DNA from: Octopus vulgaris
Taxonomy: Eukaryota
Direction of reading: 5' to 3'
DNA length: 64,000 nt
Assembly (NCBI GenBank): GCA_951406725.2
Contig: OX597819.1
Coordinates: 87,172,001 to 87,236,000, forward strand
The position numbers were made by a program, and so were the translations under genes. The notes under the pieces are model-generated. The model was not told where the DNA came from. It was given only the letters and a program-made list of their open reading frames with translations, and did no database searches. Shown here piece after piece: positions 14,498 through 25,985 of the stretch (within the stretch, counting starts at the first letter, position 1; each line of letters starts with the position of its first letter).

Positions 14498-15621
14498 TCT
14501 ACTTCAGAAGGAAGGAAAACTGATACAAATAGCGGCAAAACACGAGCAAAACAAAAAGCTGTTCTCAGTATTTAAGGAAGCTGACAAATACAAACAAGAA
14601 ATCATACCACCTAATAAATATGAAGAAGAAGAAGAAGAAGAAGAAGAAGAAGAAGAAGAAGAAGAAGAAGAAGAAGAAGAAGAAGAAGAAGAAGAAGATG
14701 AAGAAACAACAAAAGCTATAAAACAAATGAAATCCAAACTAAAAATAGAACAGCAACGAATCATGATAAAACGATGGCAAGAAAAGCCCCTTCATGGTAA
14801 ATACTGGACTAAACTAAACGCAAAAGAAATAGACAAAGAAAAATCCCAGCAATGGTTGAGAAGCTCAGGACTCAAAGCAGAAACAGAGGGATTTTTAATT
14901 GCAGCACAAGACCAAAGCCTCCCCACCAGAAATTACCAAAAACATGTAATGAAAAGAAATATAACAAGTAACTGCAGAATATGTGGAGATGGACAAGAAA
15001 CAATAAATCATATTATCTCTAGCTGCCCAGTCCTGGCTAAGAAGGAATATATTCACAGACATGACAGAGTTGGAACCTACATACATTGGAAGCTATTCCA
15101 ACATTATGGAATAACAACAGAAAAAAGATGGTATAGGCACACACCAGAAAAGGTCACAGAAAACGAGAAAGCAACCATACTCTGGGATATGCCGATACAC
15201 ACAGATAGAGAAATTAAGGCCAACAGGCCAGATATAGTTGTCAGAGATCATGAAGAAAAAAAAATGCTTTCTAATTGATGTATCAATACCGGCAGATGAC
15301 AACGTGTCTCTAAAAGAAATGGAGAAACTCTCAAAATACAAAGACCTGGAAATAGAGGTAACCAGAATGTGGAATCTGAAAATAGAAACAAATCCTATCA
15401 TAGTAGGTGCATTAGGCATGATAAAAAAATATTCAGACAAATACATAACAAAAACACCAGGACTTACAAACACATATAACATACAGAAAATTGCACTACT
15501 AGGCACTGCACACATCCTACGCAGAACACTTTCCATACAATAACCATCAGAGCATCACAACAAATCACAACACATACCCAAGTCACACAGAGCTGCGCTC
15601 GGTAGTGAAGTGAAAGCACGC
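14496..15621 (+). mobile_element. Dong/R4-like 3' fragment (second family) in (TAA)n
   Basis: KPLHGKY, ETEGFLIAAQDQ, CRIC..ETINHIISSC, RHD, RPDIV; A-run frameshift near 15260; (TAA)n on both sides. Confidence 0.9.
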
Positions 15622-15637
15622 TATAAAAATAAAACTA

Positions 15638-15684
<47 letters not shown>

Positions 15685-15686
<2 letters not shown>

Positions 15687-15825
15687 GGCACTGCACACAT
15701 CCTACGCAGAACACTTTCAATATAGTAACCATCAGAGCATCACAACAAATCACAGCACGTACCCAAGGCACACAGAGCTGCGCTCGGTAGTGAAGTGAAA
15801 GCACGCTATAAAAATAAAACTACTG
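15685..15825 (+). mobile_element. About 140-bp 3'-terminal copy of the same Dong/R4-like family
   Basis: Matches 15501-15621 with several substitutions; flanked by (TAA)n. Confidence 0.85.
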
Positions 15826-15843
15826 AATAATAATAATAATAAT

Positions 15844-15945
<102 letters not shown>

Positions 15946-16337
15946 TCTTTTTTATTGGCCACAAGGGCTGACACGCATGATTACATAAAGGGACAAGACA
16001 GGACGAAAGGTTACAAAGGGTTTTGCCGTTTTTTTTAAAACATCGAGTAAAAATCTTTATAACAACTTATAAAATTCAACAATGAAAAACTCACAAAAGG
16101 GGGAGACGTCTCGAAAGGTTCCTGGTGGAAAAAACCCTACAAAAGCCAACGGGAGCCTGGTCAAAAAAAGGGGGTGTAGAGAGTCCCCTTTCTTCTCCTT
16201 TTACATTACCTTTTTCTTTGAAATCACAGGCGAAACCTGAGAACTGGTCCATTTATACAGGCCAGTCTCGCACAATTCACCCACCTTTCATAAAACTTGC
16301 TATCGGACAGCACTTTCCTCTCTAACCTCATCTTCCT
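15946..16337 (-). mobile_element. Tx1/L1-like 3' fragment between (TAA)n tracts
   Basis: KFYERWVNCARLACINGPVLRFRL* resembles the ORF end at about 11650-11720 (NFVKMWGNVARM..GPILSMRL); AATAAA plus (TTA)n tail. Confidence 0.7.
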
Positions 16338-16371
<34 letters not shown>

Positions 16372-16391
16372 TAATATTAATAATAATAATA

Positions 16392-16922
16392 AATGCCCTG
16401 ATGTAGTAACAGACAGTGGCTCTCCTGGCTTCTGATCTTAACTGATTGGAAGTGTTATCATGTACATTGTTTTGTCTTGGTTTAAAAGATGGGCTACAGC
16501 AAATATTCTGCTCAATAGCACAGATTTGCTTGTCAGTTGTTTGACCTTAACCAGTTGTTTGATCTTAACCCTTAGTGGCTGACAACATATGCACCTCTGA
16601 TCACGAGCAGAAGTAGTGGGGGAACATCGTGGCCATATGTTGAGAGGGATTCTTTGAGGTTTGAATAATTCACCTCTAGAATCTTGGGGGTTTCTTTTAA
16701 CGTCCTTAAACAACCCTTATTCAGGGACTTTTTGAGCGGGATGGGTTACTCGCCAGAAGAAAATTCAAACTGGGCCCCACCTGCAAGATCACCATGTCGT
16801 ACGCAGATGGTTGTGATGCATGTACCTGGTGTACCCTTATCAGACGGGTAGTCATGATGGGTATACTGGGCTTCGTATATTTTACCCCAGTGTCACTTTG
16901 ATGGCATGCACTGCTCTCTCAC
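16392..16922 (-). mobile_element. About 530-bp non-coding interspersed element flanked by (TAA)n (copy 1; orientation inferred)
   Basis: Reverse complement of 37541-38098 with the same ends; internal deletion of about 27 nt. Confidence 0.8.
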
Positions 16923-17018
<96 letters not shown>

Positions 17019-17020
<2 letters not shown>

Positions 17021-20000
17021 TACATGAACTACATGAGCTAAAAAGTCAAATCATGATTGAATGGATGAAAATTAAAGAAACCAGTATGGATGAACGTGAT
17101 ACACTCCCTAAAATACGCAAATCTAACCAAAACATGAAAATAATTGGTAAAATCCGGCTTGCACTTAAGGATATAATTTCAGCTAATGATGTTGATATCA
17201 CAGATCTCAACCACCTATACTATGCATCCGCGAAAATCTCAACGATCCTATGTGGTGAAAAGATTAGAAAACCGCAACATTTCCACAAAAAGCCTTCTTG
17301 GCAAGAGCGTTTGCAACAACAAATTAAACTATTTAGATCTGACATTGAATATTTGAAAAACCTTAAGGTTCATAAGACTACCAAACCTGCAAAAACCCAA
17401 AAACTAATGAAAAAATATAATATGAAAACTATACTTGATATTGATGCCACCATAGAAACCATCAAGCAAAAGGTATCTGCTAAAGCTGCCCGCATAGCGA
17501 GGTATGAAAAGCGTATTAGATTCTACAGGGACAACAACATGTTCAAAAATAACCCCAAACATTTTTACCGGAAGATAGGAAAAACAACAGTTACTGTAAA
17601 GTCTGTACCATCAAAAGAAGAAGTGCAGGGATTTTGGAATAAAATTTGGGCAGAAGAAAAAACACACAGCGAAAAGGCCCCCTGGATTGATAGAATATCT
17701 AAAGAACTGGACTCCTTAGAAGAGCAAAAGTGGGAGGGTGTCAAGGTAGAAGATATAAGATCTGCTCTCAGGAGGTCAAGCAAATGGAAGTCTCCAGGAA
17801 AGGATAAAATCCCTAACTTTTGGTTGAATGCCTTCCCAGAGAGCCATGAACTGCTAGCAGAACTTTACAATGATGTTTTGCAACACCCTAGTAGGATGCC
17901 TCCTTGGCTAGTTAATGGGTTAACATTCCTGCTTCCAAAAAGTGAAGAAACAAATGAACCCAAAAACTATAGACCCATAACCTGCTTAACAACTATGTAT
18001 AAAACACTAACATCTGTCCTGACGGAATATACCTATAGTTTTTTGACAGACAGCAGCATATTCCCTAATGAACAGAAAGGATGTAAACGTGGATCCTACG
18101 GTTGTAAAGATCAACTACTCATCAATAAGATGATCTTAGAAGATTGTCACAAACGACACAAAAACTTATCAATAGCCTGGATAGACTATAAAAAGGCTTT
18201 TGATAGCCTACCACATAGCTGGATTAATAAATGCCTAGAAATGTATAAGATAGCACCTGCTCTGCGAAACTTTTTGTCTGTAAGTATGAGATCATGGAGA
18301 ACCACACTAACTTTGAACAGTGACAATGAATCTCTAAATGCTGGTGATGTAAAAATTTCATGTGGCATTTTCCAGGGTGACTCACTATCACCGCTCCTCT
18401 TCTGTTTAGCCTTAATACCTCTCTCAAAACTGCTCAATGATGCGCAGTACGGATATAAAATGTTTGATAAAAATATAAATCATCTCATTTACATGGATGA
18501 TTTAAAGCTCTTTGCAAAAAATGACCAACAACTCAAGGGCTTACTAGCGATTGTCAAACAATTCAGTGATGACATCAGAATGCAATTTGGCCTCGATAAA
18601 TGCGCAAAAGCTACCATTATCAAAGGAAAAATGACAGAAACATCTAACGTTAACCTTGACCAGCAGAATGTCATAAAAGAATTAGACCCAGCAGAGAACT
18701 ACAAGTATCTAGGGGTAATTGAAGGAGAAGGAATAAGGCATTCAGAGATGAAGGAAAGGATCAGGAGAGAATGCTATCGCAGAGTAAGAGCAATACTCAA
18801 GACAGAGCTGAATGCGAGAAACAGGATCGAAGCGATCAATGCATTAGCCATACCAGTCGTGACTTACAGTTTCAGTATCGTTAACTGGTCAATTACTGAA
18901 ATATGTAATCTTGACAGAAAAATACGAAAACTGTTGACAATGCATAGAATGCACCACCCTAAGGCAGATACAGAACGACTTTATCTGCCAAGAAAAGAGG
19001 GAGGCCGTGGACTTTTACAACTGGCAATAACAATGAAGATTGCTACAATTGGCCTAGACACCTACCTGAAAAACTCTGAGGACTGGATGTTAAAACTTGT
19101 CTCAAAACATGAAAACAAGAAAGCATCATACTCAGTAACAAAACAGGCAAAGGAATATCTAAGTGAATTCCGAATACAACAAATTTCGGAATTAGAGATA
19201 GACATACAAGAAACAGGCACAGAAAAAGCTAAGCGCATGAAAACCCGTGCTAAATCTGCGGCCTTAGATATTCTGAATGATAAATGGAAAGAAAAACCTC
19301 TCTATGGCAAATACCCAAAGAGAGCAAATAATGCAGATGTTGACAAAGCCCTGACCCATCAATGGCTAATGGCCTCTGGCTTAAAATCTGAAACAGAGGG
19401 GTTTATCATAGCAGTTCAAGATCAATGCCTACCAACAAGAAACTACCAGGCCAACATATTAAAGATCAGAAGCAGTCCAACGTGTCGTGTATGCAAGCAA
19501 CAAAATGAAACCATTGACCATGTGGTCTCCAAGTGCAGTCTTCTAGCGCCTACAGAGTATCTCAACAGGCACGATAGAGCTGCACAATATATTCACTGGG
19601 TAATCTGTAAAAACCTGGATTTGCCCCATGAAAAAAACTGGTGGGAACACAAACCACCCCCAGTGCTTGAAAATGACCACATCTCACTCCTCTGGAACTT
19701 CGCCATTCAAACTGACAGAAAGATAGATGCAAATAGGCCAGACATCATATTGAAAGACTTCAAACAAAGAACATGCCTCCTCATTGATATGACTGTCCCA
19801 ATCGATATAAACGTATCTGTCAAGACCTACCAAAAACTGAGCAAATATAAAGATCTTGAAATAGAAATCAGCAAAATGTGGAAGCTGAAGACTAAAACAA
19901 TACCTGTTGTCATAGGTGCCCTGGGAATGATAGCAAAAGGGGCAGATAGCTACCTAACTCAGATACCAGGAAACCCAAAAATGGCAGAAATTCAAAAGAT

Positions 20001-20264
20001 AGTGCTCATGGGAACTGCTCATATCCTACGCAAAATACTTTCTATGTAATCTCAAGGTTTAACACAAACATAATTTTCGGTTTAAAAAAAAAAAAAAAAA
20101 AAAATTTTTTTTTTTAGACATTCATTAGTACAACACCCCCACCCCCCAAATATATGGCACACTAGGCATAACAACAACATGAACTTCCAACCCTGTTGTC
20201 TCTTGAGGTCTCTGGGTGAGACTTGGAGCCAACTTGTACAAATATAAAGCAAAAGTCAAACATA

Positions 20265-20266
<2 letters not shown>
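17019..20266 (+). mobile_element. Dong/R4-like non-LTR retrotransposon, 5'-truncated, inserted in (TAA)n
   Basis: RT-REL ORF begins directly after (TAA)n 16924-17018; about 215-bp 3' UTR followed by (TAA)n 20267-20302. Confidence 0.9.
17053..20049 (+). CDS. Reverse transcriptase plus CCHC zinc knuckle plus restriction-like endonuclease (998 aa, uninterrupted)
   Basis: KSPGKD, NYRPITCL, IDYKKAFDS, GIFQGDSLSP, YMDD, YKYLG; CRVC..ETIDHVVSKC, RHD, RPDI...LIDM, KLSKY. Confidence 0.95.
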   Translation: MIEWMKIKETSMDERDTLPKIRKSNQNMKIIGKIRLALKDIISANDVDITDLNHLYYASAKISTILCGEKIRKPQHFHKKPSWQERLQQQIKLFRSDIEYLKNLKVHKTTKPAKTQKLMKKYNMKTILDIDATIETIKQKVSAKAARIARYEKRIRFYRDNNMFKNNPKHFYRKIGKTTVTVKSVPSKEEVQGFWNKIWAEEKTHSEKAPWIDRISKELDSLEEQKWEGVKVEDIRSALRRSSKWKSPGKDKIPNFWLNAFPESHELLAELYNDVLQHPSRMPPWLVNGLTFLLPKSEETNEPKNYRPITCLTTMYKTLTSVLTEYTYSFLTDSSIFPNEQKGCKRGSYGCKDQLLINKMILEDCHKRHKNLSIAWIDYKKAFDSLPHSWINKCLEMYKIAPALRNFLSVSMRSWRTTLTLNSDNESLNAGDVKISCGIFQGDSLSPLLFCLALIPLSKLLNDAQYGYKMFDKNINHLIYMDDLKLFAKNDQQLKGLLAIVKQFSDDIRMQFGLDKCAKATIIKGKMTETSNVNLDQQNVIKELDPAENYKYLGVIEGEGIRHSEMKERIRRECYRRVRAILKTELNARNRIEAINALAIPVVTYSFSIVNWSITEICNLDRKIRKLLTMHRMHHPKADTERLYLPRKEGGRGLLQLAITMKIATIGLDTYLKNSEDWMLKLVSKHENKKASYSVTKQAKEYLSEFRIQQISELEIDIQETGTEKAKRMKTRAKSAALDILNDKWKEKPLYGKYPKRANNADVDKALTHQWLMASGLKSETEGFIIAVQDQCLPTRNYQANILKIRSSPTCRVCKQQNETIDHVVSKCSLLAPTEYLNRHDRAAQYIHWVICKNLDLPHEKNWWEHKPPPVLENDHISLLWNFAIQTDRKIDANRPDIILKDFKQRTCLLIDMTVPIDINVSVKTYQKLSKYKDLEIEISKMWKLKTKTIPVVIGALGMIAKGADSYLTQIPGNPKMAEIQKIVLMGTAHILRKILSM

Positions 20267-20305
<39 letters not shown>

Positions 20306-20547
20306 TTTGTCCACAAGAGCAGCAATTTTGGTGGAGGGGATGTGTCGATTACATCGACCCAGTGTTTCAATGGTAATCTTTTCTACTAAAGGCACACGGC
20401 CTGAAATTTTGGGGAGAGGACTAGTCGATTACATCGACCCTAGTGTTTCACTGGTACTCAATAGAAGTAAATGATAAAAGATAAAACATAAATTGCTGAA
20501 CTGTGAAATGTTTATCCTAAATCAGTTGCAAAGAATAATCTATTTAC

Positions 20548-20678
20548 GGTTTCTCTTCCTCCGGTTCGTCCTCATCCTCCTCATCCTCAATATAGCTGAG
20601 ATCACTCACAAAAGAAGGTTTTCTATAATCTTTTAATCCAAAATCGCCTTTAAGATCTGACAGTGAAATAGTTCGATC
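20548..20678 (-). CDS. CHS: Myosin-chitin synthase exon (acidic linker)
   Basis: DRTISLSDLKGDFGLKDYRKPSFVSDLSYIEDEEDEDEPEEEK; strong pyrimidine tract plus TAG; 131 nt, phase 0-2, needed to join the next exon. Confidence 0.8.
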
Positions 20679-20749
20679 CTAAAAAGAAAAAGGAAGAAAG
20701 AGTGAAATAATTTGGGAAATACAATTAAACAAAAATGAAACGCATTTAC

Positions 20750-21168
20750 TCTTTTACTCTTTTACTTGTTTTAGTCTTTTGACTGTGGTCGTGTTGGAGC
20801 ACCGCTTTTAGTCGAGCAAGTCGACCCCAGGACTTATTCTCTGTAAGCCTAGTACTTATTCTATCGGTCTCTTTTGCCAAACCGCTAAGTTATGGGGACA
20901 TAAACACCCCAGCATCGGTTGTCAAGCGATGTTGGGGGGACAAACACAGACACACATACATATACACACACACATACATATATATATATGTATATACATA
21001 TATACGGCGGGTATCTTTCAGTTTCTATCTACCAAATCCACTCACAAGGCTTTGGTCGGCCGGAGACTATAGTAGAAGACACTTGCCCAAGGTGTCACGC
21101 AGTGGGACTGAACCCGGAACCATGTGGTTGGTAAGCAAACTACTTACCACACAGCCACTCCTACGCCT
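20750..21168 (-). mobile_element. tRNA-derived SINE family B with internal (CA)/(TA) tract
   Basis: Minus strand GTGGCTGTGTGGTAAG (A box), GGTTCAGTCC (B box), CCTTGGGCAAGTG core. Confidence 0.8.
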
Positions 21169-21739
21169 TTGTTAAATATGAAAATAAATAACACACAACA
21201 CACTTACTAATACACGTACGCACGTGCGCGTGGATCGTTCCTCTGCAACTTTTATTTGAACGTATGTCTGTGTGAAGGAGCAGCCTCTTTCAGTCTTTCT
21301 TTTAGGAAGCATTTGAGGGCATAGCAATTGCACCAATTACTACAAGAATAATTGTTGTCTTAGTCTTCCGCAGTCCCCTCAGTTCTGTGGCTAGATCTTG
21401 ATATTTCTAAATTTTTTTTTCAATTTCTTTTCAATCGACTCTGCTATCATGGGGAATTACAAAATCTATGATCTTACAGTTTGTTTATTTTGCCCTCTAT
21501 CATCATATGTGATCTTCTTATTTAAATAGAATAGTCAGCCTTTATGGGGAAGTCCAACATTTTGTAATTTTCATTTTCTATCACAGCTTCTGATTTATGT
21601 TCATATATATTTCTGTTATTTTGAAGCCCCGCACTCGGCTAACATCTCAATGCACTCTTTTGCCTACACAGTCACGTCTGCGCTTATACTTATTTTGTGC
21701 TTGTATGCTGCATTCATTCAACATGGACAAACAGGATAA

Positions 21740-22647
21740 AACATTCGCAATATCCAAGTGTAATGATAACAGATGCGAAACGTGTCAATACAGGTAAACC
21801 CATAAGAACAAAAAAATGGACAGATTTTCACAAATGCAGATATGAACTGCAAAAGTAGAAATTTGATCTACTGCATTAAATGCCCTAATTGCAAGGAACT
21901 ATATGTTGGTGAGACAGGGAATGCATAATCAGAACGCTCACGAGTCCACAGACAACAAATCTGAGACATCAATATTCGCCAAATTCCATTGAGGGAACAT
22001 ATAGAGACATGTGATCAGAAAATGTTTCTAATTTTTCTTTTCCACAAACTGCATGACACAGGTGAGGTTGGAAGAAAGATAAAAGAAAAACGTTTTATTA
22101 AAATGTTCAACCCTGTACTGAACGGAAATAACGATAATATAACAAAACAGATTATGATGTAGATTTTAAAAAAACACATCTTTAACATGAATCAAAACAC
22201 ACCATAGAACACTCCCACCGATTGAAATAAAAACGATCGAAACCAACTAAGTTTGTTCACTCATAAAACTATTACATGTAAACCGCAAGCTAATGGGTTA
22301 ATATAAAGGTGGGATCGATGCCAGTGATATCGGTGCGCCACACAATCCGTGGTATTTAAGCTGCATACTGATTGGTCAAAACCGTATTTGAAAATTTCAG
22401 CTTGTCGGAGCCTCCTAAAAGGTATAAGAAGTCGATCATTTTCCTACAGTTATCAAGAACTCAACCGTCAGTTAATTACTTTTTGAAATCTGAAGATTAC
22501 TACGAACGTATGAAAGCACTAACTGAACATAATGAACATTACAAAATATTCTCTTTAATGGTTAACACTCTTCAACATTGTTTAAACATTTTTTTAAATA
22601 CAATGATAAAAAACGTGAAAATCAGACCATGCTGTAACTTTATTAAA

Positions 22648-22650
<3 letters not shown>
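21740..22650 (+). mobile_element. Penelope-like 3' fragment (Cys linker, GIY-YIG, 3' UTR), degenerate
   Basis: KCNDNRCETC...CKSRNLIYCIKCPNCKELYVGETG...HRQQI*...FIKMFNPVLN; ends at (TA)n(TG)n. Confidence 0.82.
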
Positions 22651-22737
<87 letters not shown>

Positions 22738-22847
22738 CGTGTGTGTGTGTGTGCGTGTATGCGTGTGTCTCTGTGTATGTCTGTGTGCATGTGTACACAT
22801 ACACACACGCACATACATGCATGTTTGTGCATTTCTGCATTTCTGTC

Positions 22848-22896
<49 letters not shown>

Positions 22897-23029
22897 TTTG
22901 AAGGAGGGGGCTGTTGACTATATCGACCCCAGTGCTCAACCCGATAGGATGAAAGGCAAAGTACACTTCGGCAAAATTTGAACTCAGAACACGAAGATAG
23001 ACGAAATACCAATGGTCCTCTCGTTAAAG

Positions 23030-23660
23030 TGGGTAATCCTCAGTAAGCAGGTTTCCTCTTGCTATGTCTATTTGGATAGTATCCATGTAGGGTATTTATA
23101 ATGAACTCTGGGTATCCGTTGATCCCAAGCATCTTGAGAAACTATGCAAGACGTGTGTCCGGTTGGCGCTATCACTGCATCTGTTGTGTATACGACCGAT
23201 CTCATTTTGTATTAGCCGGTCTTAGCACTGATGGGGAAGGCCGACACCATTACTAAATCTATCCGCAGGAATGGACTCGATATCCTGTTAGTCCAGTTGG
23301 AACTATCTTTGCCAACGAGAAGATCACTCGCGGAATAACAACCCAACTCACTGGTGAAATGTTCTAGTGAATTGTCTTATCCTAGACGCAAGCAAGTGTC
23401 CGCAAACTTGCTTGGTGTACAAGATACGGTGTTCCAAGTGGTGTTAGTATTACATCCGTTGTACGGTCCGATCGTTTTACTTCCGATTGATGGAACACCT
23501 AACTACCAAAGCTTCTTCCCTTCGGAAGCACTTAGTCAAATGCAGCAATACAATCAAGGAGACAGACGCTCTTATACTAGCAACAGAAAAGAATACAGGA
23601 AATCTCCGTATCAAGGACTTCTTTCTGATCCATCGACTCGACCCAAAGATCAGTAGTCGA
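23030..23660 (+). mobile_element. Old Penelope-like remnant (GIY-YIG C-terminus)
   Basis: YIRCTVRSFYFRLMEH...LRKHLVKC...LILATEKNTGNLRIKDFFLIHRLDPKI resembles PLE YIGxTxRxxxxRxxEH...IKEAxxIxxxxPxLN; 5' boundary approximate. Confidence 0.55.
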
Positions 23661-23957
23661 CCGGATTTGGGCCGATAGTTCTAATAAATTACCAGACGTA
23701 CCCTACATCGATACGACTACGACCAGCACATCACCATGACGACTGTGATTGGTACTATTGCCGCCGTCGCCCCAACCACCGCTACAGTCCTCACTTGCCG
23801 CATTGAAGATTGTTGCTGCCATCAGCCACTAACTTTTCAACAACTACAAGAAGGGCACATACAAGCAACACCTTCACCAACTGCTACAGTGACATTTACC
23901 ACCATCGCCAACAACTCCGATGTAGACAATGCCATTATCAACCACTACCACGATATC

Positions 23958-23981
23958 ACTGGTACGGGAGTCACTTGGTAT

Positions 23982-24042
<61 letters not shown>

Positions 24043-24247
24043 TGTTGTTGTTGTAGAGGTATTGTATTGCCTAATTTGGAAGAGGAACAGTCACAAACGT
24101 GGGTCAGCTCTCATTACCATATTGGCATTATATACATAGGTTACAATACTAATATGGTAATGGAGGCTGATCCATGTTTGTGACGGTCCCTCTTCCAAAT
24201 TTGGCAATACAATACTCCTCCTCCTCCTCCTCCTCCTCCTTCTCCTC

Positions 24248-24283
<36 letters not shown>

Positions 24284-24322
24284 TTACTACTACTACTACT
24301 ACTAAGTGACTCCCGTACCACT
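23958..24322. repeat. Palindrome with about 175-bp arms containing (TAG)n/(CTA)n
   Basis: TGGTACGGGAGTCACTT against AAGTGACTCCCGTACCA; centre near 24136. Confidence 0.8.
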
Positions 24323-24820
24323 CCCTTACTTGCTCACTCCCCTTTGCGACTTGTCTTCTGTTCTCTATTCTACTTGAACCTTGAACATCCCAGTCTTCCC
24401 CCCACCTTCCCCACACAATAGTCGTACCTCGTGCTCTGATTTTTATTTCCAGAAATGCCTTTGACGAAAGTAGCTTTAATTTTCTTAGATCGTTCAATTT
24501 CCCTCAACTGATCAATAAAGCAACTAAGTAAACCTATCAGTAATGTTCCTATAATGATTACTAGAAACAGATATATGCCAAATTTGTTCTAATAATGGAA
24601 TTATATGTAATGACCATTGTTTTTAATATATCACTTTGTAAAAACTAGTTTATCTGGAACCCATCCACGGATTTACAGCAAAGAACTATGATGAACCATG
24701 ACTTGCGACTTTATCAAAAGATTACTAGGCGTTCTTCACTAATCTAAGTAATATTGTTAGCCTCGTGTGCCAACAGAGAGCTTATGAAGTATTTTGCCCG
24801 GTTTAATAATTCACTATTTG

Positions 24821-24869
<49 letters not shown>

Positions 24870-24945
24870 TATATATACATATATGTTTTTTACATATATA
24901 TATATATAGCGGCGCCCGAACCCTTTTGGTCTTATACATATACAT

Positions 24946-24979
<34 letters not shown>

Positions 24980-25102
24980 CAACAATCAAGGAACGGCCAT
25001 AATAGGCCATTCACCCACTAGAAATAACAGCCAAAGCTTCAACCGCAAATAAAAATTAATTCCGTAAACCAGGAGAAAAATTTAAAAAACATTTACCTTG
25101 TA

Positions 25103-25210
25103 ATTTCTTATACGATATACCGTTTCATCTGCTGATTAATGGTAAACTAACCTGATTAAATTAAATCAAGCCAATCTTCCAAAGGCCCTCAGATTCTTCA
25201 GTAAGGAAAT
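25103..25210 (-). ncRNA. Inverted copy of the type I hammerhead ribozyme
   Basis: Same core and stems; one extra C in the 5' strand of stem I. Confidence 0.7.
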
Positions 25211-25655
25211 AGCCCAAGTCGGAACAGATATTTTCACGAGGCAAATCCGGTAAATGTTTTTTAAATTTTTACAAGGTAAATGTTTTTTTAATTTTTCTCC
25301 TGGTTTACGGAATTAATTTTTATTTGCGGTTGAAGCTTTGGCTGTTATTTCTAGTGGGTGAATGGCCTATTATGGCCGTTCCTTGATTGTTGATGTTGAA
25401 CTTAAAAATGGTCTATGACTATTTAATTTTTTCCCACTAGGCCGCTGGTGGCAAAAGAATTCTACAAAATTTTTTTTGCCACCCTATATTGATTAATTAT
25501 GAATTTTCTGGTTAATTCCGTAATGGAATCGACGGCTTATATTTATTTGCTGCCGATAAATTTGGCGCGAGTGCGACGATTTGAAAATTTTAGGTCAGAT
25601 ATAACCTTGGCAAGGTCGGATTTGCCTCGTGAAAATATCTGTTCCGACTTGGGCT

Positions 25656-25762
25656 ATTTCTTACTGAAGAATCTGAGGGCCTTTGGAAGATTGGCTTGAT
25701 TTAATTTAATCAGGTTAGTTTACCATTAATCAGCAGATGAAACGGTATATCGTATAAGAAAT
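25656..25762 (+). ncRNA. Type I hammerhead ribozyme (canonical core, extended stem II)
   Basis: Stem I ATTTCTTA/TAAGAAAT; CTGAAGA; stem II ATCTG/CAGAT closing a 58-nt hairpin-forming insert; GAAA; stem III CGGTATATCG; GUA cleavage triplet. Confidence 0.8.
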
Positions 25763-25985
25763 TACAAGGTAAATGTTTTTTTAATTTTTCTCCTGGTTTA
25801 CGGAATTAATTTTTATTTGCGGTTGAAGCTTTGGCTGTTATTTCTAGTGGGTGAATGGCCTATTATGGCCGTTCCTTGATTGTTGATGTTGAACTTAAAA
25901 ATGGTCTATGACTATTTAATTTTTTCCCACTAGGCCGCTGGTGGCAAAAGAATTCTACAAAATTTTTTTTGCCACCCTATATTGA

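Noticed and set aside
22490-22525. CTGAAGA...GAAA hammerhead-like motif in PLE 3' UTR
   Set aside because: Stem I and stem III do not pair; at best a decayed relic
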